Source: Fistulifera solaris (Eukaryota). From it: a DNA stretch of 64,000 nt. The notes below the pieces were generated by a model. That model was not told the origin of the DNA and made no database searches. It worked only from the letters and a program-made list of their open reading frames with translations. Below are positions 25,559 through 36,444 of this stretch, one piece after another. Made by a program: the position numbers and the translations under genes. The DNA is taken from contig AP026172.1 in assembly GCA_030295235.1 (NCBI GenBank), positions 558,001-622,000 of the forward strand. Direction: 5' to 3'. Positions within the stretch are counted from its first letter, which is position 1. Every line of letters starts with the position of its first letter.

Positions 25559-27441
25559 CTATGATGAATTGTTGACTTTTTGTGACTCGTTCAAAAAGTC
25601 AAAGGTCATATCACCAATGGCTTGAGCAATGTTTCGGGCGGCATAGGGAACACCTTTGATCTTGGCTGACCGACTCAGTTGCTCCAGTTTGGTGGGATCG
25701 GTAAGCCACATGCAAACTTCTTCCGCAATAGCCATGGGATCCGAGTCACTGCAATAAGCGCCAAAGCCTCCCTCGACCACATACTCCACATTTCCTTCCT
25801 CTTGGCCCGGTAAAAATGAAGTAAGCATGATCGGGAGTGAAAGGGCAGCAGCTTCGGAAATCGTTCCTGGGCCCGCTTTTGATACTAATATGTCAGCCGC
25901 CACCATGTATTCGGCAATGTTGGATACAAAGCCTACTCCCAAAACGTGCACTGATCCAGCATTCTCCGTGTCATTCTTACTATTAACATCCACGGGTACA
26001 GCTTCTTCCTCTGTCTGACTTTCGGAAACATCACCCGACACTTCCACTGGGTCTCTCTTGTCGTCCGTGGTAGCTTTATCGCCATTCAACGATGTCAAGT
26101 AAGTACCTCCCATGGAAAGACTTCCTTGACTCAGCATGCGTCGTATCGAGCCTGTCACACCACTGGTTTCTATGCATCCCGGCGAAGGAATCACACTTTG
26201 GGGGCCGCAAACATCCATACTCAAAAATCGGTTGGTTAACCCCATCCGTTGCTTGGCCGCTTGCCAACGATTCAACACGTGTTTCCAGTCTCGTTCGGCA
26301 AATTCTTTCCGTAACTTTTCGTTGCGACCGCAAATTACCACAATTAACGCGTCAATACCCTGTGAAACAAGCTCCACGTACATGGCGTCGACAATGTGGG
26401 AAAGAGAACCGACTCCTTCACCACCACCCATGACCAATATGGTTGGTTTATCAATCACTGGTAATTCGAGTTGTTGGCGCACTGTTTGCTGGTATGCTTT
26501 TCCTTCCGGTGACATGCGATCTCCCAAATTTTCGGACTGCACGGCAAAGTCATGTCGAATGGGCAAACCCGCTAGTACAATCTTCTCCTCGGGTACTTTG
26601 CCTCGGGACATGGCTAACTGCTTCACTTGCTCGGATCCTACAAACATTTTGTCCACACCATTCGCGAACCAGAGACAATGTGCGGAACCCAAGTCGGTCA
26701 CCACGGTAAACATGGGCAACTTCTTGCCTAATTCTTTGGTGATTTTGCTGCACGACAAGACCGGAACATTTGTCATTAACGGATGGACACTGATGACCAC
26801 ATCGGGATCGTAACTTTTGATTGATTTGCGAACAGCTTTCTCACACATTAACTTTAAATGGGCATCGGCAAGCATTTCAAAGGCCCGACTGTTCGATACA
26901 TTATACACTAACTTCCACTGAGACGGGTGGGCACTCAAGTGCTTGTACCCTTTCACCAGGGAGTTGTACGGCGGAACTCCGTCTTTCTCCACAATATCTA
27001 AGAGGTCGTAGGTCGATCCCGGGAAAAGGAGTTGAAATTGCTTAGCCAGAGATTCCGCGCTGGCACGATGACCCCCACCAGTATCACTCGATAGGAAAAG
27101 AATCTTCAGACCTCGTGTTTGTTTTGACGATAACAATTCATCCATTTTAACAGTATCCTCCACGCAAATTTGCTTCAAATGAAAAGGTTAGCGAGAGAAT
27201 AAGATGCACAGAGGCCGGCCACAAAAAAAAGAGACACTCGTCGATAATTTTCGTTTCCGCTTTTTTTTGTCATCGAATCTCCTGCGTACGAATACGAATG
27301 TTGCTAAATAATTCGCACAACATTCGCAACTGAAACAATGAGAAAACAACACCATTTCGTAGCACTTACCGCCATGTTATGTTGTTGATGATTCGTAATG
27401 TCACGATTCCTTGGTGAATGGATTGCTTCAATGGCTGTCAT
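25559..27441 (-). CDS. MGD: Monogalactosyldiacylglycerol synthase (GT28), no obvious plastid presequence; intron 27173..27369
   Basis: SDTGGGHRASAE, PDVVISVHPLM, TVVTDL, GLPIR, LVMGGGEGVG, ICGRN, KAGPGTISEA, PGQEEGNV. An upstream ATG at 27477 is also possible. Confidence 0.95.
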
Positions 27442-27836
27442 GCTGAAGGATGTGGTTGGTTTCGTTTTGGGCAACATGGAAGAGAAAAGGCGGATGAAGA
27501 AAGCGCAAGGCGATGATGATGTAACGCAGTAACGCACTTTTGAAACGTCTATGTAATCAAACTAGTCGGCCTTACCGGCGTTTTACTATGCGATTATATC
27601 TAGCATGAAATTCTTTCTTTTGTACAAAACCGTTAAAAATATTGAGTGCCGCTGCAGTACAATACAAGTTCATACAGGGAGCAGACAACAGGCTCAAAAC
27701 GGCTAGGTTTATTATTTCCTAATGAGGTTATTGATACAACTACGAGCAATAATTAAGCAACATTGTAGACTTGATTCTACGTTACAATTCAATGTTAGAG
27801 ACAATAATGCGAAATACGTAGCCATTTGACGTATTC

Positions 27837-29212
27837 TCAAAGCTCGACAGTATCGGGTAAGTATCCTTGCTTGGATGATTTTCTCCTAGGCTGATTCAGC
27901 TCGCGTTGACTTTTGAGAAACAGCTTGCGTTCTCGGTCATTCACAATGATATCTTCGGGATTCACGGTTAACATTTCCGGATACGTCTCGCTAACATAAA
28001 CGTGTTGAATATCATACGGCGAGCCGGGTTGCTCGGCATCCGAAAAGTCATCGTCCGTAATCACTTCGGCACTAAATGTACGATCACGGTAAGCGCTGCG
28101 CCTTTCCTGATATTCACTGTTAGACGAGCGGGGTGATATCGTCTTCGCGCCTTCCGTTAAACTCGCATCATCCAAAGCGCCTCTGCCTTTCGAAGTGGAA
28201 CTCTTAGGACGTCGAGTTACGACGAAAAACTTTCGAAGAATACAGTAACCCAAGCCAATTATAAAGCAAATAATCACCGCAATGGCAATCAGGAAAATGC
28301 CAATATCTTTTATCCCACTGGAAGGCAAGACATCGGATTCGGGTGCGGTGATATCAGAAACAGTACCCTCATTGTCAGGCTGCTGCTCTGTATCGGTTTC
28401 GTCTGGCGGTACGTCTGTGCCCGATTCGTCTGGCTGTTCCTCTGTATCCGTTTCATCTGGCTGCTCTTCTGTATCAGTCTTCCCAGGCTGCTCCTCCGCA
28501 TCAGTCTCAGATGGGAAAACTACCTCATTTGAGCCAAACTCAATAGTGTTACTGTGAATGAGCGGGAGAACAGTGTCCTTGATGGCAGTGAAATTGATGG
28601 AAGGGATCGTCTCCGCAAAGTACAAGACAGTGGATCCCATCATACGAAAGCAATTTGTACTTGTCGGGTTACTCTGACAATTCACACTCAATATGGTCGG
28701 GTGCGAGGCGGAACCAACACCCCACAGTCCATCCAGACTTTGCGTTAGTTTTCGGCTACCGTTTAAGAACTTGTCACACACACCGCTCTCGAGCAGGAGC
28801 GACTGTCGCAAAAAACGGATCAGTTTTGTTTGAATTGATCGAGACTCCAGTATAGGATCACTAGTTGTTGTGAGCTCAAAATATACGTCACAACAAAACT
28901 GTTGCGTGTTCCGTAAACATCATCTTTCAAAGCAATCTGACAGGCTTTCGCCAATGAAGGGCCACGATCCGTATCCGCAGTCGTATTTTCATCATTTGCA
29001 GGCATTATTGCTGTCGTTGGAGCAGATATTGGGGAGGCTACCGGTGTAGGGAAGATATTTGTTGAAGTGGGAGCTCCGTCATTTTGTTGCTCAGCTGGAA
29101 TAGACGAGTTCGTTTGAAGGGCGCGGCGAGAAGGCGCAATTTTATCAATCGCGTGCTCGGATGAATGCACCGTGGATAGAAAGCACAGGGATAGAATGAA
29201 TGATCTCATCAT
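27837..29212 (-). CDS. Type-I membrane protein with acidic repeat stalk (frameshift ~28820-28870)
   Basis: Signal MMRSFILSLCFLSTVHS, RRALQ, P/T-rich region, Cys domain, acidic repeats and TM GIFLIAIAVIICFIIGLGYCIL. Confidence 0.7.
28375..28509 (-). repeat. Imperfect 27-bp coding tandem repeat, about 5 units (ETDTEEQPD)
   Basis: The translation reads ETDAEEQPG KTDTEEQPD ETDTEEQPD ESGTDVPPD ETDTEQQPD. Confidence 0.85.
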
Positions 29213-30002
29213 GGTTGATGATCGCGTGTCAATGATGTTGTAAATGTTGACGCTCGATGAGGAAGTCGTGATTATTGTGTGATCCCAACTCGATGAGGCA
29301 CTAGAGAAGTGACAAATACGATGAGTGCAGGTCCTGCAAAACGAAGAAGCAGTTGCACCTTCTTCTACTATCACATTCGCCTCTTACTGGGTTGTTATTG
29401 TTGGCAAGGGATGCGACGAAGTGTCATTATTCTTTCGAGGATCCTCACAAAATTTCGTTCGGCGGTCCTGTTCTGAAAAATCTTCGGAGCTCTTTCCAAG
29501 GTTTCATCCATTTTCTAAGTAAAACACAAGTTTGGCCGGCACGAGCCGTTCAACAAGCCGTTGGAGCTTAACTGTGGAGCTAAGTGCTCCCGGCGCGCCA
29601 TAGGAAACCGCAACCGCCCTGTCGTGAGCGTGAGTGCTGCGCATTTCACTTTCAAAAGTCTGTTGAGTCACGAGATGTCGTGGATCGTTTTGCAGTTGCG
29701 TTCGCGTGCTTCGAAAGCGGCAGCCAACCAAAAAAGCTTGTGCACTTGTGCACTTATCCACTATCGCCTAGAGTGTCTGCGCTGCTCAGTTGTTTCTACG
29801 TCATTCCGTCACCCCGCACCAACGCCAATCAAATTTTTCTCCCGTCGCTCCAAGATCTCCCGAAGAAAAACGAAAAGCGAACGTTTGCGAGAGAGATCGG
29901 ATCCAACAGGAAATTACAAAGAACGACGCGCTTTTAGTTCGACGTAATACATCATACAACTACCTTGCTTAACACATAATCATCAACAATAAAGCAACAA
30001 TC

Positions 30003-31256
30003 ATGACTGCAAGCAAACCCAAAGTTCTCCTCGCTTACTCGGGCGGTCTCGATACGTCGGTAATCCTCAAGTGGCTCAGCGAGAAAGGATACGACGTCGT
30101 CGCGTTTTGCGCGAATGTCGGCCAGCATGAAGAAGACTTCTCAGCGATCCAAGCCAAGGCTGTTTCTTGCGGTGCCAGCAAGTGTATTGTCTCGGATCTT
30201 CGCAAGGACTTTGTAGACAACTATGTCTTTGAAGCCATCAAGACGAACGCCATTTACGAAGGCCGTTATTTGCTAGGAACGTCCATCGCTCGCCCCTGCA
30301 TTGCCAAGGAGATGATCCGCATCGCAAACGAAGAAGGGTGCTCGTACATTGCTCACGGTGCTACTGGAAAGGGAAACGATCAAGTTCGCTTCGAAATGTG
30401 CTGCCAGGCTTTGAGTCCGACCATTCAGTGCGTCGCTCCTTGGCGCGATGCCGAGTTCATTGAGTCCTTCAAGGGACGCAGTGATTTGCTCGCGTATTGC
30501 ACAAAGCACAGCATTCCTGTGGATGCCAAGCCTAAAGCCAATTACTCGATCGACGAGAACCTTTTCCACACATCGTACGAATCGGGTATGCTCGAAGACG
30601 CCATGTGTGGACCAGATGAGAGCATGTTCAAGATGACCACGTCGCCCAAGACTGCTCCGGATGCTGGAGAAATTGTCGAAATCGAATTTGTGCAAGGAAT
30701 TCCCACTAAAATTACCAACAAGACCGATGGCACTGAAATTACGGACTCTCTTGAATTGTTCTTGTACTGCAACAAGATTGCAGGAAAGCATGGTGTAGGC
30801 CGCATTGATATTGTCGAAAACCGATTTGTCGGTATCAAGAGTCGGGGTGTCTACGAAACACCCGGAGGGACATTGCTTCGTGCGGCTCACATGGACCTGG
30901 AAGGGATCACCATGGACCGCGAAGTCAAGCGCATCACCGAAGGACTTTCGGCCGAATTCGCTCGCCTTTGTTACAACGGTTTCTGGTTCGCTCCCGAAAT
31001 GGAATTGATCCGTCACTCCATCACGTTCTCACAGCGCGATGTGACTGGTTTGGTCAAACTCGAATTGTACAAGGGAAATGTTACGGTGATGGGCCGATCT
31101 TCGCCCAAGGCGTTGTACAATGCGGACTTGGCTAGTATGGACCAAGAAGGCGGTGGTGAGGCCTTCGACTACAATCCGGCGGATGCCAATGGTTTTATCC
31201 GCATCAATGCCGTTCGTCTCAAGACTTATGCAGCTCTTCGCGCCAAGGATGCTTAA
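30003..31256 (+). CDS. ASS1: Argininosuccinate synthase
   Basis: LAYSGGLDTS, YLLGTSIARP, HGATGKGNDQVRFE, GRIDIVENRFVGIKSRGVYETP. The ORF is intact. Confidence 0.98.
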   Translation: MTASKPKVLLAYSGGLDTSVILKWLSEKGYDVVAFCANVGQHEEDFSAIQAKAVSCGASKCIVSDLRKDFVDNYVFEAIKTNAIYEGRYLLGTSIARPCIAKEMIRIANEEGCSYIAHGATGKGNDQVRFEMCCQALSPTIQCVAPWRDAEFIESFKGRSDLLAYCTKHSIPVDAKPKANYSIDENLFHTSYESGMLEDAMCGPDESMFKMTTSPKTAPDAGEIVEIEFVQGIPTKITNKTDGTEITDSLELFLYCNKIAGKHGVGRIDIVENRFVGIKSRGVYETPGGTLLRAAHMDLEGITMDREVKRITEGLSAEFARLCYNGFWFAPEMELIRHSITFSQRDVTGLVKLELYKGNVTVMGRSSPKALYNADLASMDQEGGGEAFDYNPADANGFIRINAVRLKTYAALRAKDA

Positions 31257-31369
31257 TTGAATGTTTAGTTTAGAACTGTCTATCCATCTATTTGCATTTT
31301 CTCACTGTCCAGTGCCTTTACCTATCTTTCTGTAAAAAATTGTGTCGATTCTATTTCCAACGAGAGTCC

Positions 31370-33147
31370 TCAAGTCAGCTGCGTATTTGGGGTAACAAAA
31401 TCAACATCTTCATCGTCGATGGTAAAGTTTTCCGAATCATCTGTTGGGAGGGCTATATGCCCATTCCTTCTCTGGCCTTCATCAGCGTCACCGCCGTAAC
31501 ACACTGGCTCTTCGACCATTATGCCATCCATTTCGGCTCTCCCCGGAGCGCCCACTTTGCGCTGTAGACTCAAAGGGACCCAATGTGCAAAATACAGATA
31601 AGTAAGAAGACCGCCCAATGCCATGCCAAAGGAAACCAATAACAAGAAACCTCCAAACGCACTGCGCGACGACACCAATATGGCGGTCGCTTGTGTCACA
31701 GCTGGGGTAAATTCCACGGGAATGGCATACAACCTTTCGCAGTTTCGCGTTTTCACGTCGTAATACATGGCTTCCAACAATTTTGTGGTGTCACAAATTT
31801 CTTGCCCACTCGGGCACCCTTTCATTTGATCGGTGATGACCTTGCCATCGTAGACCATTCGAAAGCCAAAATCAGATGTATACAAGGCTGGGTCCTTGCG
31901 GCCATCGAGATTGATCTCATGAATTTCAATGACCAGCATACTGGCATAAGTGGGCCATTGTTCGTCAAACATATCCATACTCGCCAAAATGGCCATGATC
32001 GTCGTGTCATGACCGGAAAACAACGCGAATGGCGGCACGTACGTTTCTCCTCCGCTCTCCACAAAGGTTTGTATGTTTTCCATGATTTCGGCACGTAAGG
32101 GTCCCGAAACCAGCTTGCTGTATTCCGCAAAGTCAAACGTCGCCAACATAGATTTTTGTTGGACGTAAAAACGCAATAGGCGAGAAAACATACTGTTTTC
32201 GCTATTCTCATCGCCTTCGTAGTCGTTGATTTTCGGATGTAGTTCACGATCGGAACAGATAGTCGTCAGAAGACAATCGGAGATATCTCCCGTACTTCCG
32301 AGTACTTCTTGTTGAAATTGACGCAGTTCGTTTGCATCATCAGATTCATTGAAAATCCGAAATTCACGCGTCCGGTAAAATCGTTCTCGGAATTCAGCCA
32401 ATCGGGGACACAAAGCGTCATGATCGCCTACAATATCACGTGTATAATCGGCAGTATGGATTATCAAACCACCAGTTTTCTCCAATTCGTTTCCCAACAT
32501 GGCCTGTAACAACAATTGTCCCGATTGTAAGGTTCTTTGTTCATCGTCCGATCGGAAATAGACGGCTTTGTCCAAAGAACCCCCCAATGGAAGATGCAAG
32601 TTTTTAGGGAAGACTCCTCCAAATAAGCACGTCGCAAATGTAATCCATTGGTGAGTTGTTGCTGCATCCCTTGTTCCAGCAATTGTCCGATTTGACAGGT
32701 CCCCGGCAAGAAGTTGGATAAATTGTATTGCGGAAATTGCAAAGCATCGTACACTTGTTCAAAGGTCAATAATTCACCGTCCGTAGCCCTATCGGCCGCC
32801 AAATACGTACTGGGAGGACACGTCCAGGGTTCTGCGCCATATCCCTCCCAGCAGCTGGCATTGTGCACGGGCGTCCGCGCACCATGCCGCATAATAACGG
32901 TGACATGCTGTAAACGACTTTCTCCGTGCGCTGCTGTAGTGAGTGGCGGAATTGTACGATTTTTCATTTGTTCCGTTGTCGAACATTGCGGTGGATAGTG
33001 TGAATAGCGTTGATACCACGATTCGGCATTCGCACTAAAGACGACTTGCGCCTGTGCGGGTGTGTTGCGTAAAAGAAGAAGAAGAAGCAGCAGCACCACC
33101 ACGGTGCTTTGTATGATGCGGCTGTTGCCGCTCTTCCATTGTTGCAT
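31370..33147 (-). CDS. Histidine acid phosphatase (branch 2) with signal peptide and C-terminal TM (frameshift near 32600)
   Basis: Catalytic RHGARTP; GQLLEQG; RTLQSG; LFSGHDTT (HD); WPTYAS; TM near the C-terminus. Confidence 0.92.
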
Positions 33148-33444
33148 CTTTGTGATATACAAGCGATTGCAACTCAATTCGGTGGAAGAGAGGCTATTGT
33201 CCTTTACTCTTCGTTTTGAGGCTAAAAGCGTATAGAGAGAAATGAAATAAATGTTGTGCATTTCTTCGCCAGTGTGTTTTTGATTTTGCGCTCGCCCACG
33301 TCCCAGTCCCACATCATTCCGTGAGATTGCGTCACGAATAATCAGTCCCACCCTGCTGTCACGAGTGAGAACGAGCATGAAACATGAACCGTGTACTCCA
33401 TTAGCGTTGATGCTATCTACGGAATAAGCAAGATCACAAAGATG

Positions 33445-33627
33445 AAGATTCTCACAAACGAAAGGATCGAATCTTCGCCATCCATTCATCCAGCATACAA
33501 AGTAGATAGAAAGGTTGTAGTGTCGGATTGCTGTCTAAAATAGCTAGAACTTCTGGCGTATAGTGTCCTCTCGATGGAACGCGACGGACACTCGTGAAAG
33601 CTGTGAATAGTGAATATCGAAGATTCA
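33445..33627. promoter_or_regulatory. Candidate PSR (Myb) YGAATCTH boxes in the bidirectional promoter between two phosphatases
   Basis: CGAATCTT at 33468..33475 (+), TGAATCTT at 33620..33627 (-) and near-match AGAATCTT at 33445..33452 (-). Confidence 0.55.
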
Positions 33628-33764
33628 AATTCATTCGTTTGAGAAAATAATGTAGTGTCATAATTTCGACGATCCTTTGGATCGGCACACAAAAAAGATC
33701 AGAAAGCATTTTTAGGCTTCATTTTTGTGACTGTTCCGATCATCCTTTGATTGACTCTTTGACC

Positions 33765-36286
33765 ATGAAATTGCTACCTGTACTACTATTAACGATTCTT
33801 TTTTTACGGGGCATTCGCCCAAGAGGATGCCATGTATTTCAATCGCGTCAATGTCTTTTATCCATGCTCGCAAGACGGTGCGGAATGCAATTCTGATAAC
33901 GAAACCGTCGCCGAGATCATCGATGCTTCTCCGGATGGAATGACATTGGTGTATACCGATGGTACACAAGGCCGTATTGGTTTTATTGACATTTCGGATC
34001 TCACCAATCCCCCTGCCGATGGGGACCGTCGATGTGGGAGGGGAACCAACGTCGGTCGCCGTCACAAAAGATGGTTTGTATGCGGTGGTCGCTGTCAACA
34101 CGTCTCCCGACTTTGTGAATCCTTCGGGTGTTATGCATGCGATTCGTATGGATACGATGGAAGTCTTGGTGACCACCGAACTTGGTGGGCAACCAGATAG
34201 TATTACCATTTCGGCCGACAATGCCTACATGGCCATTGTCATTGAAAACGAACGTGATGAAGATTTGGGAGAAGGTGGGATTCCGCAACTGCCCGGTGGA
34301 TACATCATTGTGGTCGACAAGACTGCCGAAGATCCTTCCGAATGGACGATGCAGAACGTCAATCTTACCGAGGCGCTTACGGCGGCGGGGATCGACTTTC
34401 CGGAAGATCCCGAACCCGAGTATATCGCCATCAATGCGGATAATGTGGCCGTCGTCACCATACAAGAGAACAATGGAATTGCGTTGATTGATCTTGCGAC
34501 AGCGACCGTGCTCGGTGCCTTTCCCGCCGGAGCGGTCGATTTAGAGATGATTGATATTGTCGAAGACAACGTAATTGACATGACTGCTTCGTTGTCACAA
34601 ATCCCTCGTGAACCCGATACCGTCACTTGGATTGGTACCGACTTCTTTGCCACGGCCAATGAGGGTGATTTGAATGGTGGATCGCGTGGATTCACCATCT
34701 TCAATCGAGATGGAACGGTAGTTTTTGACATCGGCAACTCCATGGAACATGCCATTGCTCGTGTTGGTCAGTATCCTGAAGGCCGTTCGGAAGCCAAGGG
34801 AAACGAACCCGAGGGACTGGCGTACGGGGTTTTTGGTAACGAGAATTTACTCTTTGTCATGAGCGAACGAGCTTCCGTTGTCCTCGTTTACAGCATTGCG
34901 GATCCTTCCAACCCCACCGAAGTCACTTTGAAGCAAATTCTCCCTTCGGAAGCTGGACCGGAAGGTATTGTCTTGATTCCTTCGCGCAATCTTGTCGCCA
35001 TTGCTACCGAAACCGATGAACGAGGCAACACGATTCGGGCGACGGTCGGCCTTTACGAGATGCAAGCGGGTGAACCCATCTTTCCCCATTTGACCAGTGC
35101 CGATCGCGAAGACGGTACTCCTATTCCGTTTGGTGCTTTGAGTGGCTTGGCCTGTGGTGATGCTCCCGGACTTTCGAATCCTCTGGCGAATACCATTTTC
35201 ACTATTGAAGACAGTTTCTACAATCAGAGTCGCATGTTCGAGATCGATACCAGTACCAAGACGCTCACGAGAGAAATTCGTTTGATGGATAGCAACGGTG
35301 CGCTTGCTGCTGTGTCTGCATCCCAAGTCAATGATGACATGACAGTCAGCTTGGATAATGAAGGCATTGCATTGGCTGACGACGGAACGTTCTGGATTGT
35401 CAGTGAGGGGGCGGGAACAGTCGGAGATCCCGAAGAACCTTTGGAATCTGCGAATCTGCTCTTGCACGTGACTGCTGGAGGTGAAATCGTTCACGTGTAC
35501 ACTTTGCCTGAAGACTTGAACGCCATTCAAGTCCGCTTTGGATTTGAAGGTGTCGCCGCTTACGGAGACTACTTGGTGGTCGCGTTCCAGCGTGCGTGGG
35601 GCGATGAAGCCAATCCCCGAATCGGGATCTTCAACAAAGCTACGGAGGAATGGAAATTCCTTTTTTATCCTTTGGATGAAGTCAAGTCTCAAAACGGCGG
35701 ATGGGTGGGTCTAAGTGACATCGCGCCTATGGGATCGGGAATGTTTATGGTGTTGGAGCGTGACAATCAAGGTACGAGATGAATTCTTTTATTTGATTTA
35801 TGATTTCGAATTAGCACTGACTAAACAATCATGTCGTTTGAATATTCAGGATCGAAGGATGCTGTCATCAAGCAATATTGTACCATTGACCTTGGTGAGG
35901 ATCTCAGTGCCGTCACAGATGGGGCTGACATAGCAAAAAGCGATTGCGTCGATATCATTCCGACATTCTTTGAAATGACGAAAGGGTCAACACGAGAAAA
36001 GTTTGAAGGTCTCTGTGTCACTGCACAAGGTGATATCTGGGTTAACAATGACAATGATGGATTGAATGATAATAGTGGCGAGAATGTCCTTGCAATTGTT
36101 GGTACAATTTCTCTTCCTGGCGATGATGGAAGTGCTCCCGTCGATGGCGCGACGGAAAGTCCAGCCACAAGTCCAGCGGGTGCTCCCGTTGGCGGCCCAG
36201 TTGGAACTCCGACAGGATCGTCTGCAGCATCCGCAATCTTTTCGTTGCCTGCCGCTCTGTTAGCTGTTGCCGCCATTGCGTTCTAA
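33765..36286 (+). CDS. Secreted alkaline-phosphatase-associated beta-propeller plus phytase-like esterase protein, probably GPI-anchored (frameshifts near 33800 and 34015; intron 35772..35849)
   Basis: GGEPTSVA, GGQPDSI, IENERDED, DPEPEYI, ATANEGD..GGSRGF, RSEAKGNEPEG, DNEGIA, RFGFEGVA, LERDNQG, EKFEGL, NDNDG. It ends in a S/P/A/G-rich stalk and hydrophobic tail. Confidence 0.8.
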
Positions 36287-36444
36287 TAGAAAAGCATAAA
36301 AATGGCTTGCTGTATATGTTGGAGTCATGCAGTCATGCACGAGTATTCGCACGACCTATTACTAAAATTTCCTGTAATTAACAAAGCTGTTAACACGCGC
36401 TGCAATCGTTTATGAGCTATCATTTTACTCCTTATCTCTCGAGC

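Noticed and set aside
34847..35692. Long antisense ORFs (also 30273..31016, 20478..21191, 11702..12421)
   Set aside because: They are shadows of well-supported genes on the opposite strand and have no motifs.
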